A stretch of 64,000 bases of DNA from an uncultured delta proteobacterium (lineage in GTDB: Bacteria > Myxococcota_A > Polyangia > Polyangiales > Polyangiaceae). The notes below the pieces were generated by a model that saw only the letters and a program-made list of their open reading frames with translations, did no database searches and had not been told where the DNA came from. The DNA lies in the NCBI GenBank assembly GCA_963850305.1, contig CAWKKR010000001.1, forward strand, positions 512,001 to 576,000. The letters are read 5' to 3'. Below are positions 21,880 to 31,880 of this stretch, in pieces. Made by a program: the position numbers and the translations under genes. Each line of letters begins with the position of its first letter. Position 1 is the stretch's first letter.

Positions 21880-22425
21880 ATGGCGCTGCCGAGCCCGCTG
21901 AAGATCTGGAAGGACGGGCGGGCGGTGCTCCGGGCCCGCTTCTACCTGCGATCGGCGGCGGAGGTCGGCCCGCGCGTCCGCGTCTGGGGGCATCCGGTAA
22001 TCACCAACGACGGGATCCTCCGCGTGAAGGACCGGGCGCGGCTGGTGTCCACCATTGCCACGCTCGAGATCGGCGTGGGTCCCCAAGGGACGCTCACGAT
22101 CGGCGAGGGCGCATTCGTGAACTACGGGTGCTCCATCGCGGCGACCCAGCTCATCACGATCGGGGACGCGTGCAACATCGGCCCGCACGTGATCATGATG
22201 GACAACGACTTTCATCGGATGGAGCCCGAGCGACGCACCGAGTTCCCGGAGTCGGCCCCCATCGTGCTCGAGCGGAACGTGTGGCTCGGAGCTCGCGCGA
22301 TCATCCTGCGGGGCGTCACCATCGGCGAGGGAAGCGTGATCGGTGCCGGGAGCGTGGTGGCCCACGACGTGCCGCCGCGATCCGTCGCCACGGGAGTCCC
22401 CGCGCGGGTCATCAGATCGCTCTGA
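21880..22425 (+). CDS. Hexapeptide-repeat O-acyltransferase (maltose/galactoside acetyltransferase-like)
   Basis: ITIGDACNIGPHV, PIVLERNVWLGARAIILRGVTIGEGSVIGAGSVV..GVPARVIR; start could be 21796. Confidence 0.92.
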   Translation: MALPSPLKIWKDGRAVLRARFYLRSAAEVGPRVRVWGHPVITNDGILRVKDRARLVSTIATLEIGVGPQGTLTIGEGAFVNYGCSIAATQLITIGDACNIGPHVIMMDNDFHRMEPERRTEFPESAPIVLERNVWLGARAIILRGVTIGEGSVIGAGSVVAHDVPPRSVATGVPARVIRSL

Positions 22426-22602
22426 CACTTTTGGGGCTCCGTGAAGCGTGCGATTAACGCAACTGACCGAATTGCCGCTGGCGGCGCGATGACTACGGCT
22501 CCGCGGGAACGGCAGCCTCGCCGCAAGACGAGCATCAGGCCTTCCCTCCGACAAACTCAAACTGACCCGTTACCGATGCCTTCGATCGACCATTGGACGC
22601 CT

Positions 22603-23760
22603 TCACGGCGTTCGAAATGACGCGCCCGCGTCGTCCGAGGCGAGCGCCGGGAACACCGCGTGGGACCGGGTGGTCGCGCCGTAGAGCCACACGCGATGAC
22701 CGGCGACGAAGAGACGGTCGGGCACGGGGACGTCGAAGTGCGTCTCGGGATGCGCCTCGGCGTCGAAGACGACGGCGTAGGGCGTCCAGGTCGCGCCATC
22801 GTCGCGGCTTGAGGCGACGCGGACGATGCCGTGGGACGGGACGGCGATGATCGTCGTGCCATCGACTCGCGCGACGTCGAGAGGGTACCGGGGGAGCGGG
22901 CCGGCCCTACCGACTCGCGGCAACGTCATCTCGGTGCACTCGCCGAGGTACGCGCACGTGAAGACACGGACCGCGCGAGTGCCTGGCTTGCCGGTGGCCA
23001 CGACGGCGGCGCGATCATCGCACGAGACGCCGAAGACACGCACGTCGGCGGGGGCGAGTATGGCGTCGCTCGAGATCCCTTCCGGTGTCCTCGTGCGAAC
23101 GATCTTGCTGCCGCGATCGGGAGAGAGACCGAGCTCGAAGGCGCCTCCGTTCGACGCGATGTCGCAGCGCGTGACGGAATGCGCCGGCTGCGCGGCGCGA
23201 CTGGCGAGCGGACGCGGGAGCTCGATGGGATACGACGCTTCGGCAGCGTACGCGGAGGGCACCACGAGACTGGTGTACCCGCCGCGAACGAACGGCCACG
23301 CTGCATCCGCGATCTCGGCGAGTCGTCGCGTGGTCACACCGAGATCGTCGAGGTGCAAGGCGCCGGGCGCTCCGTCGGCTGCGGCTCCGCCGTACTCGAC
23401 GAAGCTTGCCGCGCTCGCGCGATGAGCCCGCTCCACGGAGAGCGAATCGGTGACGAGTACCGCGCCCTTCGCACATGGCGCGAACGGCCGGTCATCGGCG
23501 TCCGCCTCGACGAGACGGCGCCGGACGAGTTTTCGAAACGCCGCCGGATTGTCGCGAAGCAGGGACGGCCCGGTCGGCCCCACCATGCAGAGGGCATAGT
23601 CGGCGAACGCAGTCGCCACCGTGTGCAGGCGGAACGCCGCACGCAGCCGCGGAACGCCGCTCCATGCGACCAGGCCGAGCACCGCCACGGCGAGGACGTG
23701 GCGCAGTCTGATCGGAAACGCGACGGCCTCGGGCTCTACCGGAACGGCGCCCGCGCGCAT
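22603..23760 (-). CDS. Hypothetical membrane-anchored protein with Asp-box-like motifs
   Basis: N-terminal hydrophobic helix; several Cys; SSRDDGATW and ASDDAGASF. Confidence 0.7.
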   Translation of the reverse strand: MRAGAVPVEPEAVAFPIRLRHVLAVAVLGLVAWSGVPRLRAAFRLHTVATAFADYALCMVGPTGPSLLRDNPAAFRKLVRRRLVEADADDRPFAPCAKGAVLVTDSLSVERAHRASAASFVEYGGAAADGAPGALHLDDLGVTTRRLAEIADAAWPFVRGGYTSLVVPSAYAAEASYPIELPRPLASRAAQPAHSVTRCDIASNGGAFELGLSPDRGSKIVRTRTPEGISSDAILAPADVRVFGVSCDDRAAVVATGKPGTRAVRVFTCAYLGECTEMTLPRVGRAGPLPRYPLDVARVDGTTIIAVPSHGIVRVASSRDDGATWTPYAVVFDAEAHPETHFDVPVPDRLFVAGHRVWLYGATTRSHAVFPALASDDAGASFRTP

Positions 23761-23819
23761 CCCCGACTTCTACGCCGGGGTCGACATCCGGCCAACTTTG
23801 CGACCCGAACCGGCGAAAC

Positions 23820-24047
23820 TCAGAACTGAATCGTCTTTTCGCGCTTGCGACGACGGCGGGCGGCCTCGCTCATCTTCTTCCGGCGCTTGATCGACGGCTT
23901 CATGTAGTGCCGGCGGCGCTTCAGCTCACGGAGGATCCCCTCCGCGGCCATCTTGCGCTTGAGGTGCTTGATCGCACGCTCGATACCTTTGTCCCCGACG
24001 GAGACCTCGAGCGGCCTACACTGGATTGCTTCGCTGGGATTTGACAC
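23820..24047 (-). CDS. rpsU: 30S ribosomal protein S21
   Basis: IERAIKHLKRKMAAEGILRELKRRRHYMKPSIKRRKK..AARRRRK; GTG start at 24047 inferred. Confidence 0.93.
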   Translation of the reverse strand: MSNPSEAIQCRPLEVSVGDKGIERAIKHLKRKMAAEGILRELKRRRHYMKPSIKRRKKMSEAARRRRKREKTIQF

Positions 24048-24122
24048 GTTTCCGGCGGGGATATGACAGACGCTCCCAGCGGCGGCAAGAAGTTTCATGC
24101 CGGATCCCCGGAACCCTTCCCC

Positions 24123-24476
24123 ATGACAACTGACCCGCGAACCACCCCGACCGGCGTGCGCGCCCCCCGCGGCGCGCGAATATTCGAGATTTCGTGGGCT
24201 GACGGCCGGACATCGCGGTTGCCCCACCGGATCTTGCGTGGCTATTGCCCCTGCGCGAGCTGTCAGGGGCACTCGGGCGGCGTCGCGTTCATCGAGGCCG
24301 GCGAGCCCGAGCTCGGCGACGTCGCGCAGGTGGGCAACTATGCGCTCGAGCTCGGCTGGGGCGACGGACACGCGACTGGGATTTACCCCTTCCCCTACCT
24401 TCGCCGCCTGGGAGATCTCCACGCGCAGCACGGCGATGCGTTGCCCGAGAAATTCCCCGAGCTGCCATCGGTCTGA
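24123..24476 (+). CDS. DUF971 / GBBH N-terminal-like protein
   Basis: ISWADG..LRGYCPCASC..VGNYALELGWGDGHATGIY. Confidence 0.92.
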   Translation: MTTDPRTTPTGVRAPRGARIFEISWADGRTSRLPHRILRGYCPCASCQGHSGGVAFIEAGEPELGDVAQVGNYALELGWGDGHATGIYPFPYLRRLGDLHAQHGDALPEKFPELPSV

Positions 24477-24478
24477 GC

Positions 24479-25450
24479 GTGGCTCGCGTCGTCTTCGTCG
24501 TCACCACGTCGTACCCGCGCGAAGACGGGGACGCTTCCGGACACTTCGTCGAGACGGAGGCCGTCCTCCGCGCGAAAGCCGGGGATAGCGTCACCGTCCT
24601 CGCGCCCGGTCGCGGCCCGCGTGAGCGTCGCGGCGTGTCCATCCACTGGCTCCCGGGCGGCGACGCGTTCGGTCCTCCGGGGGCGCTCGCTCGCATCCGT
24701 GCTCGGCCTCGTCGCATCGTCCACGCGAGCGCGTTCGTCCTTGCGGCGAACTGCGTGCTCGCGAACCGCGCGATCGACGAGGTCGTCGCGCACTGGCTCG
24801 TCCCCTGCGCCTGGCCGATCGCGATGACGTGCACGGGCGCGCTCGAGATCGTCTGCCACGGCTCGGACGTCCGTTTGCTTCTGGCCTTGCCGCCTGGAGT
24901 GCGCCTGAAGCTCCTTCACGAGCTCCTCGAGCGAGGCGCACGGTTTCGGTTCGTATCGCGTGACCTACGGGATCGCCTGGCGCGCTCCACGACGGAGGCG
25001 ATTCTCGACAGAAGCCGTGTCGAACCCTGCGCAATCGACGTCACCGGCGTCCCGGCCAAGGCCAACGCGCGGCGCGCGCTCGGCCTGAAGGACGGCGAAC
25101 GCGTCGCGGTCGTGGTGGGTCGCCTCATCGACTCGAAGCGTCCGCTCGACGCGGTTCGCCTCGCGTTCGAGAACGGCGCGGACCGCGTCGTCGTGATCGG
25201 CGCGGGCCCCCTCTGTTGCACGATGGAGCACGACGCGCCGCGTGCCACCCTTCTCGGCAATCTACCCCGCCCGGCAACCCTTGCGTGGCTCGCCGCGGCC
25301 GACGTGCTCGTCAATGCGTCCGGCGACGAAGGGGCGCCGACGGTGATCCGCGAAGCACGCGCCCTCGGCACGAAGGTCACCACGGTGCCGTGCGGCGACG
25401 TGCGCGACTGGGCCGAGCTCGATCCGGGCATCGCGCTCGTGTCGACCTGA
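24479..25450 (+). CDS. Glycosyltransferase family 4
   Basis: VTTSYPR..GHFV, AHWLVP, HGSDV, VGRLIDSK, EGAPTVIREA (EX7E); starts 2 nt after the DUF971 stop. Confidence 0.85.
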   Translation: MARVVFVVTTSYPREDGDASGHFVETEAVLRAKAGDSVTVLAPGRGPRERRGVSIHWLPGGDAFGPPGALARIRARPRRIVHASAFVLAANCVLANRAIDEVVAHWLVPCAWPIAMTCTGALEIVCHGSDVRLLLALPPGVRLKLLHELLERGARFRFVSRDLRDRLARSTTEAILDRSRVEPCAIDVTGVPAKANARRALGLKDGERVAVVVGRLIDSKRPLDAVRLAFENGADRVVVIGAGPLCCTMEHDAPRATLLGNLPRPATLAWLAAADVLVNASGDEGAPTVIREARALGTKVTTVPCGDVRDWAELDPGIALVST

Positions 25451-25455
25451 GGCCG

Positions 25456-25974
25456 TCACTCCGCAAAGCGCGGGATGAGTTCCACGAAATTGCAGGGCCG
25501 CGTTCGACCGTCGAGCTGCGGCAGCAAAATCTTGCTCATCGCGAGATTCACTGCGCCCGTCGACCCTGGCAGCAAGAAGACGAGCGTCGTGCGGCACACG
25601 GCGCCTTCGGCACGCGACTGGATGGTGCTCGTGCCGATGTCCGCATACGACAGGTACCGGAACAGTTCGCCGAAGCCGGGAATCGGCTTCGTGACGAGCG
25701 GCGCGAGGGCCTCGGGCGAGACATCGCGACCCGTCAGCCCCGTGCCGCCCGTCGCGATGACGACGTCCACGGCCGAGCCCTCGCCGACCCATCCGGCGAA
25801 CGTGGCGCGGAGCTTCGCGAGATCGTCCGTCACGATGCGACGTTCCGCGACGACGTGACCCGCGCCCTCGAGCGCCGAGACGATCGCCCCGCCGCTGGTG
25901 TCGGTCGCGAGCGTCCGCGTATCGCTGACGGTGAGAACCGCGACGCGCAGTGGAACGAACTCTCGTGCTGCCAT
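25456..25974 (-). CDS. moaB: Molybdenum cofactor biosynthesis protein MoaB/MogA
   Basis: [47 protein letters not shown]. Confidence 0.93.
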   Translation of the reverse strand: MAAREFVPLRVAVLTVSDTRTLATDTSGGAIVSALEGAGHVVAERRIVTDDLAKLRATFAGWVGEGSAVDVVIATGGTGLTGRDVSPEALAPLVTKPIPGFGELFRYLSYADIGTSTIQSRAEGAVCRTTLVFLLPGSTGAVNLAMSKILLPQLDGRTRPCNFVELIPRFAE

Positions 25975-26041
25975 GCGTCCGAGCGTACCAGAAGATGCCT
26001 GGATTCCGGTCGACCGCGAGAGAACCGAGCTAGTCTCGAGC

Positions 26042-27853
26042 GTGCCTTGTCGGCAACCCCGCCGCGCGACGTTCGTCCTCTGCGCCGCGCTCGCGATGGC
26101 CGGGTGCGCGCGCAAAGCGGTCAGCGCGGCCGCCACGAGCTCGAGTGCTCGCGCTGCGAACCCGAGAGCCACCGCGTCCGCACGCGCGTCGACGCCAGCG
26201 CCGTCTGCCTCCACCGTGGAACCGACCCTGCCTCCGATTTCGCCGGGCGGAGAACGCGTCGTCACCGGGCGCAACGGCATGGTCGTCTCGGTCGAGGACA
26301 ACGCGACGCGCGCTGGCGTCGAGGTGCTCGAGGACGGTGGGAACGCGGCCGATGCCATCGTCGCGACGGCGTACGCGCTCGCGGTCACGCACTCGGGCGC
26401 CGGCAATCTCGGCGGCGGCGGCTTCATGCTTTACCGCCCGCACGGCGGCCCGACCGTCGCGATCGACTTTCGCGAACGCGCGCCGAGCGGCGTCACGCAA
26501 GCGCGCTTCGACCGCATGATCGCCGCACACGCGGTTGGCCCTGCTGCCGCGGGCGTTCCCGGCAGCGTCGCGGGACTCGATCTCGTGCTCGCGCGGTTCG
26601 GCAGGTTGGGTCGAAAACGCGTGCTCGCCCGCGCCATCACCCTCGCTCGCGACGGCTTCCGCCTCGGCCATCACCAGGAACTCATGATTGAGTGGGCCTG
26701 GCCCGAGCTCTCACGCGATCCCGAAGCTCGCCGCATCTTCGGAGACGGCGACACGCCGAAGCACGAGGGCGATCGAGTGGTGCAACCGGAGCTGGCGCGC
26801 ACGCTCGAGCGAATTGCGGATCGCGGTGACCCGGGGTTTTACAGCGGTCCGACCGCGGACGCGCTGGCACGACTGACGAAGCGCGGCGGGCTCATCACCC
26901 GGGACGACCTCTCCGCGTATCACGCGGTGATCCGCGAACCGCTCCGTACGACGTACCGCGGCTACGACGTGGAGGTCACGCCGCCACCCTCCGCCGGCGG
27001 CGTGGCCGTCGCCGTGATGCTCGGCCTGTCGTCGGCGCGCGAGAGTCATCGGCTGGCACCAGGCAGCGCAGATGCCCTTCACGATTTCGCGGAGATCGCG
27101 CGTCGCGCTGGCGCCATCCGCCGATTCGAAGTCGCCGATCCGGATTCCGTCCCAGGTTACGACTCGTCCAGGCAACTTGCCGGATGGCTGGACCCGGCGC
27201 GCGCGCTGCCGACTGCACCGCCGATCGACCCGGTGTTTGCAACGCCCTCCTCCGCCGTGGACCCGCGCTTCGCCGGGGCCATGAAGGAACTCGAGCACAC
27301 GACGCACTTTGCCGCCGTGGACGCGGATGGCGACGTCGCGGCGTGCACCACGACCCTGTCCGCCAACTTCGGCGCAAAGGTGATGGTTGCCGGGTTCGTG
27401 CTCAACGATTCGCTTGCGGCGTTCGGTACGGTAGGCGCCAACGTCCTCGCGCCGGGGCGGCGCATGACGTCGTCGATGAGTCCCACGCTGGTTCTCGCGC
27501 ACGGGGTTCCCGTGCTCGTGCTCGGCACGCCGGGCGGCGACACGATCCCGAATACGATCGTCCAGGTGCTCCGGAACGTGATCGACTACGGGATGACGAT
27601 CGATCGCGCCGTCGACGCACCGCGAATTCACCAGGGGTTCGTCCCGGACGAACTCCGCTTCGAGAGCGCGCGCCCGCCTTCCCGGAGCGTCCTCGCCGAG
27701 CTGCGTCGCCGCGGTTATCGCCTGTCGGCGCCCACGCCGGGCTTCGGCGACGCCAACACGTTGCTCGTCGTCGGTGGCGTCGCGTACGGCTATGCCGATC
27801 CGCGGGAGGGTGGGCTCGCGCTCGCAGCCGGCGCGCACGCCAAGATTCAGTGA
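26042..27853 (+). CDS. ggt: Gamma-glutamyltransferase family Ntn-hydrolase, predicted lipoprotein, divergent substrate pocket
   Basis: [42 protein letters not shown] autoprocessing site, SSMSP, GTPGG, DPR; LAMAGC lipobox-like; start uncertain. Confidence 0.92.
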   Translation: MPCRQPRRATFVLCAALAMAGCARKAVSAAATSSSARAANPRATASARASTPAPSASTVEPTLPPISPGGERVVTGRNGMVVSVEDNATRAGVEVLEDGGNAADAIVATAYALAVTHSGAGNLGGGGFMLYRPHGGPTVAIDFRERAPSGVTQARFDRMIAAHAVGPAAAGVPGSVAGLDLVLARFGRLGRKRVLARAITLARDGFRLGHHQELMIEWAWPELSRDPEARRIFGDGDTPKHEGDRVVQPELARTLERIADRGDPGFYSGPTADALARLTKRGGLITRDDLSAYHAVIREPLRTTYRGYDVEVTPPPSAGGVAVAVMLGLSSARESHRLAPGSADALHDFAEIARRAGAIRRFEVADPDSVPGYDSSRQLAGWLDPARALPTAPPIDPVFATPSSAVDPRFAGAMKELEHTTHFAAVDADGDVAACTTTLSANFGAKVMVAGFVLNDSLAAFGTVGANVLAPGRRMTSSMSPTLVLAHGVPVLVLGTPGGDTIPNTIVQVLRNVIDYGMTIDRAVDAPRIHQGFVPDELRFESARPPSRSVLAELRRRGYRLSAPTPGFGDANTLLVVGGVAYGYADPREGGLALAAGAHAKIQ

Positions 27854-28527
27854 GGGATGGGCGATCCGCCCGGCTCGAATGCCACGAGCAGCGCGACCGT
27901 CGCGTCCTTCGGCGCGACCTCACCCTCGGACAGGCGCCGAACTCGGAGCTCACGCGCACCGGGCGCAACCGCCATCACCGCAACGCGCACGGCGCGGTGG
28001 CTGACGATCGAGCCGTTGGGCGGCGGGGCCGCGCCATCGGTGGACACCACCGTCACGACCAGGTCCCCGTCGGAAACTGCCGCGCTCGACGGTCGATCGA
28101 TCCTCGGCACCGACTTCGGCGCGACGCTGGCGGCCGGAGCGGGCGCAGCTTGCAGCGGGGGCGGCGCGAATCGCGCGAGCGGCACCGGCGGCGGCGCGGA
28201 CGCGACGTTCGGAGCGGCGTGCACTAGGGGCAGCGGCGACGCGGCCGGCGTGGGCGCGAACACGACGTTCGGAGCGGCCGGGGCCATCGGCGGGGGCGGC
28301 TCGGTGCGCGGGATGTCCAGCACCCCGCGGAGCTCCGCACCCACCTTCGCGAGCGTCAACGCCCGATCGTCCGCGCCGGCCTCCGAGGCGGCTTCCGCGG
28401 CGCGGCGGATCCACCGCAACGCCTCCCGGCGCTCGCCCTGGAGCCATAGTGTTCTGGCCGTCTCGAGGGCCCAGCGCGTATCGCTGGAGTCCGCCGGTTC
28501 GCTTACTGGTAGGAGGGCAGCGTCCAT
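27847..28527 (-). CDS. Hypothetical protein (helical N-domain, Pro-rich linker, small beta domain)
   Basis: ORF with coding-like codon bias downstream of the PEGA gene; WALETARTLW..EALRWIRRAAEAA. Confidence 0.7.
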   Translation of the reverse strand: MDAALLPVSEPADSSDTRWALETARTLWLQGERREALRWIRRAAEAASEAGADDRALTLAKVGAELRGVLDIPRTEPPPPMAPAAPNVVFAPTPAASPLPLVHAAPNVASAPPPVPLARFAPPPLQAAPAPAASVAPKSVPRIDRPSSAAVSDGDLVVTVVSTDGAAPPPNGSIVSHRAVRVAVMAVAPGARELRVRRLSEGEVAPKDATVALLVAFEPGGSPIPH

Positions 28528-28597
28528 GACGTCACATCGAGACCGAGAGAGCCGTGACCGGTGGTGTGAAGCTTCGGTGCGCGGCCACGAACCAGAT

Positions 28598-31021
28598 TCA
28601 GAACCTCACGCCGACGGCCGTTCGGGTGCCCGACGCGACCGTGGTCGAGGCGAACTTGCGACCGAGAGACGGATTGACGAACACGATGGTCTGCCTGCCA
28701 GGCGCGACGTGAACGCCGCGTATCGGGGTCATCCCGAGCGGGCGGCCATTGACGACCACGTTCGCGCGAGGAATCGAGTTCAAATCCAGCGTGGCAACGC
28801 CGGCGGTCGCAACGCTGGCTCCCGCCGACGCTCGCGTCGGCGCGGTGAACATCCGAGGTCGGACGTTGGCGGCGAAATGGACGTGGCTCTGCGACGCTCT
28901 ATCCGCGGAAGGAGCGAGCGAAATGTCGACCGTTCGCTCCGCGCCGTCGTCGAAGGCGACTTGCTGCGAGAACTCCGTGAAGCCGGGCCGCGTCGCGGTG
29001 ACTTCATGTGCATCGTCGGGAGAGAGCTCCAGGACCGCGGGCAGCGCCGGGATGCGTTTCCCGTCGACGGCAATGCTCGCCCCGTCCGCACCGTCGGCGG
29101 CGCGGAGCTCGAGCCGTCCCTTCCTGACGTGAAGGCGGATGGGGCCGAGGCTCCGGACCTCGCCGCTGTCGAGCTTCACTTCGCTCTCGTAGGGCGCGTA
29201 GTAGCGCGAGTCGCCTTCGACTCGAATCGTGTGCTCGCCCGGTTCGACGCTCGCGACCGAAACCGGCGGTGCCCCGAGGTCGCTTCCATCCACGAACACG
29301 CGCAGGCCATCGCCGACGGCCGCGACGTTCAGGCCGGCGAGTGCGCGCTCTTCAGGAGTGAGCGAGACATGCTCCGCAGCGTGCTGTCCCGCGGTGAGTA
29401 TCATCGCTCGTTCGGCGCTCGCCGGGAGGCCGGCCGCCGACGCCGAGACGAAGTGACTACCGGGAGCGAGCCCATCGACCTCGCACGGGGTCTTCGCGCA
29501 ACGCTCGACGCCGTCGATGAGAACGGAGACGCCTGCCACGGCGCGGCCGTTCGGACCCGAAACGGTGACGACCAGGGAGCCCGGCCGGGATCGCAGAAAC
29601 GCTCCGACGGCGATGCCGCCGATTGCAACCGCCGCGACGGCGAGGAACCAGCGACTCGGAGGCGCATTCCCGAGCGCGCCCGGAGGGATTGACCCCGCGA
29701 CGGGCATCACGGAGCCATCGCTACGTGGCGCGAAGTCCGCGGGGATGGGCGCCGCGCGAGGTATCCGCGGCAGCGTCGTCATCGCCCCACGCGGCGGCAC
29801 CGAGTAGTTCGCAGGCGCGCGGTCCGACCCGCCGGCAATCTGGATGCTCGGGGACTGTTCGACGGTACCGATGCTCTGGGGCGCAACCCCGACGAACACC
29901 GGCACCGGGGGGAGCTCCGGGCGCGGCGGGACCACGACCATCGGCACCGAGCGGATCGCAGCGACAGAGGTGGGCGGACGCGGTACCAGCAGATTCGGAA
30001 CGAGGGGCTGGGTAAATTCCGAATCCGAGTCGTTCGCGACATGGAGTGGCTGCGCAGTCCGCGGAAGCGGACGCGTCACATCGACGTCCGAGGCGCTGGG
30101 AAGCGCCGTGACGACGGCCGAAGGCAGCGGTCGAGTCATATCGTCATGAGACGAGATCTCTTGGGCGCGAGCGAGCGCGCTGGCGAGTTCCCCTGGGGGA
30201 AGCGACGGAGTGACGTCATCCCGGGTTGGCGCCGGGGTGATCTTGGCGAGGGCCACTACCGGCGGCGCGAACGACCACGAGGGCTCTTCGCCCGCCGGGT
30301 CGCCCGGACGCTTCAAGGGAGGCGCCGAAGGAACGGGGACGCCGAGGCGAGCGGGCGGAGCGGTTGGCGGAGGGGGAAGCGCGGAGTGGGACAACGGCGG
30401 AACGGGGACTGCCAACCGCGAGGACGGCGGCGGAGGTGGCGCGGACGCCCGCGGCCCACCCGCGGCACGCGAAGAAGGCGGTGGGGGGATTGAAGTTCGG
30501 ACTGCCGCCATGGACGGAAGTGCCGGAGGTACCGAGGAACGACGGTCCTCGGACACGTCAATCATCGGCACGGCATCGCGCTCCGTCGCGGGCTCCGCTT
30601 GACGCGCGTGCGCGTCGCCCGCAGCGAAGACGGCCGGCGCCTCATCGATGATCACGTCCACGGAGATGTCTTCCACTGCCGGCGCCGCGGCCGGTTGCGG
30701 AACCACGGACGCGCGCCTGGACGGCGGGGGCGGTGGACGAGTTAGACGCGCGCCGCGCGGCGGAGGCAGGGAAGAGCGAAACGATGACGGCGGGGGCGTA
30801 GCAGAAGCACGGCGCATCGAAGAGGGCGGTAGCGAGCCGGCGGACGACCCACGCGGCGGGGGCGCTGAGGGTCTGCCCGGAGCAAGCCGAGCCGACGGCG
30901 GCGGGGGCGGCAAGGACCGCTTCGAGGGTCGGACCGGCTCCTCGTCGATCACGTCAGCGGGTACCTCCTTCGTCGAAAAGAAGTCGTCCAACAGGTCCGG
31001 CGCGCGTTCGGGCGTGTTCAT
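28598..31021 (-). CDS. PEGA domain membrane protein with long Pro-rich cytoplasmic region
   Basis: TM WFLAVAAVAIGGIAVGAFL; repeats VLIDG..TPC..PGSH, VFVDG..GAPP..PGEHTI, SIPRANVVVNGRPLGMTP. Confidence 0.88.
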   Translation of the reverse strand: MNTPERAPDLLDDFFSTKEVPADVIDEEPVRPSKRSLPPPPPSARLAPGRPSAPPPRGSSAGSLPPSSMRRASATPPPSSFRSSLPPPRGARLTRPPPPPSRRASVVPQPAAAPAVEDISVDVIIDEAPAVFAAGDAHARQAEPATERDAVPMIDVSEDRRSSVPPALPSMAAVRTSIPPPPSSRAAGGPRASAPPPPPSSRLAVPVPPLSHSALPPPPTAPPARLGVPVPSAPPLKRPGDPAGEEPSWSFAPPVVALAKITPAPTRDDVTPSLPPGELASALARAQEISSHDDMTRPLPSAVVTALPSASDVDVTRPLPRTAQPLHVANDSDSEFTQPLVPNLLVPRPPTSVAAIRSVPMVVVPPRPELPPVPVFVGVAPQSIGTVEQSPSIQIAGGSDRAPANYSVPPRGAMTTLPRIPRAAPIPADFAPRSDGSVMPVAGSIPPGALGNAPPSRWFLAVAAVAIGGIAVGAFLRSRPGSLVVTVSGPNGRAVAGVSVLIDGVERCAKTPCEVDGLAPGSHFVSASAAGLPASAERAMILTAGQHAAEHVSLTPEERALAGLNVAAVGDGLRVFVDGSDLGAPPVSVASVEPGEHTIRVEGDSRYYAPYESEVKLDSGEVRSLGPIRLHVRKGRLELRAADGADGASIAVDGKRIPALPAVLELSPDDAHEVTATRPGFTEFSQQVAFDDGAERTVDISLAPSADRASQSHVHFAANVRPRMFTAPTRASAGASVATAGVATLDLNSIPRANVVVNGRPLGMTPIRGVHVAPGRQTIVFVNPSLGRKFASTTVASGTRTAVGVRF

Positions 31022-31139
31022 CGCTCTGATCCTTTGGAAGCGCTGTCACCTACCTCGGGCTACGTGACCCGTGGCCGGTGCCACCTTCCGCACCGCAGCC
31101 CCGACTTTACCCGCTCAAGCCGGCCGGCGCACCAGATCT

Positions 31140-31718
31140 TCAGCTGCCAATGGCCCGTCGCATCGTGTTTTTGAGGAATTCAGGCTGCTCCGCTGCATAA
31201 AAGTAGGGGTACTGCGGATGGCCGCTGGTCAAGTCCTCCCGCATTTTTCCGTTCGAATCGAAGAAGAAGATGCGTGGGACGTAGCCGCCGTATTTTTGAT
31301 TGTAGGGCGCCAACCAGGCTGGGTCGTCGTCATTGTTCTGACGAACCATGACGAACTTCCTCGCGAGGGCCTCGATTTCGGGATCGGAGAAGACGGGCCC
31401 GAGCGCCCTGCAATGTGGACACCAGTCGGCGTAGACAAGCACCAACATGGGCTTCGATTCGTGGCTCGCGAGGGCAAGGCCATCGCTCCACGTATGCCAC
31501 TGGATGTCGCCTTTCCATTCGACGGCGTTCGAGGGCGGCGCGGATGCGGCGGGCGTCGCCGGGCGAGGCGACTCGGACGGCGCGATCGCGGCCGCACGCG
31601 GCGCGGCTCCAGGCGGCTTCTGGGTCGCGGCTTGCGCTGACTCCGAGACGTCGCTGGAGCGGCAACCCGACAGGACGGCCAGAAGAGCGACCCCGAACAG
31701 CGACCGAACGATGGACAC
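31140..31718 (-). CDS. Thioredoxin-family lipoprotein
   Basis: YADWCPHCRAL, GGYVPRIFF (cis-Pro); VLSGC lipobox; start 31718 gives a clean signal peptide (ORF open to 31778). Confidence 0.9.
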   Translation of the reverse strand: MSIVRSLFGVALLAVLSGCRSSDVSESAQAATQKPPGAAPRAAAIAPSESPRPATPAASAPPSNAVEWKGDIQWHTWSDGLALASHESKPMLVLVYADWCPHCRALGPVFSDPEIEALARKFVMVRQNNDDDPAWLAPYNQKYGGYVPRIFFFDSNGKMREDLTSGHPQYPYFYAAEQPEFLKNTMRRAIGS

Positions 31719-31880
31719 GACTGAACGGGTAGCACGCGCGTTCGGACCGGCGCAAACGCCGACGCGAATTTCCGACACGAACCTGCCAACCCCGTGGATC
31801 GCCCGGGTCGACCCAGCGGAGCGCCGGGTTCAATGCGTCGGAAGCCGCATCCAGGCGCCTCGGGGGCTAAAGTCTACCCG

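Noticed and set aside
22426..22602. Intergenic AACTGACC direct repeat and TGCG-ATTAA-CGCA near-palindrome as an ncRNA or operator
   Set aside because: Short, located between convergent genes, and with no convincing fold; cannot be supported.
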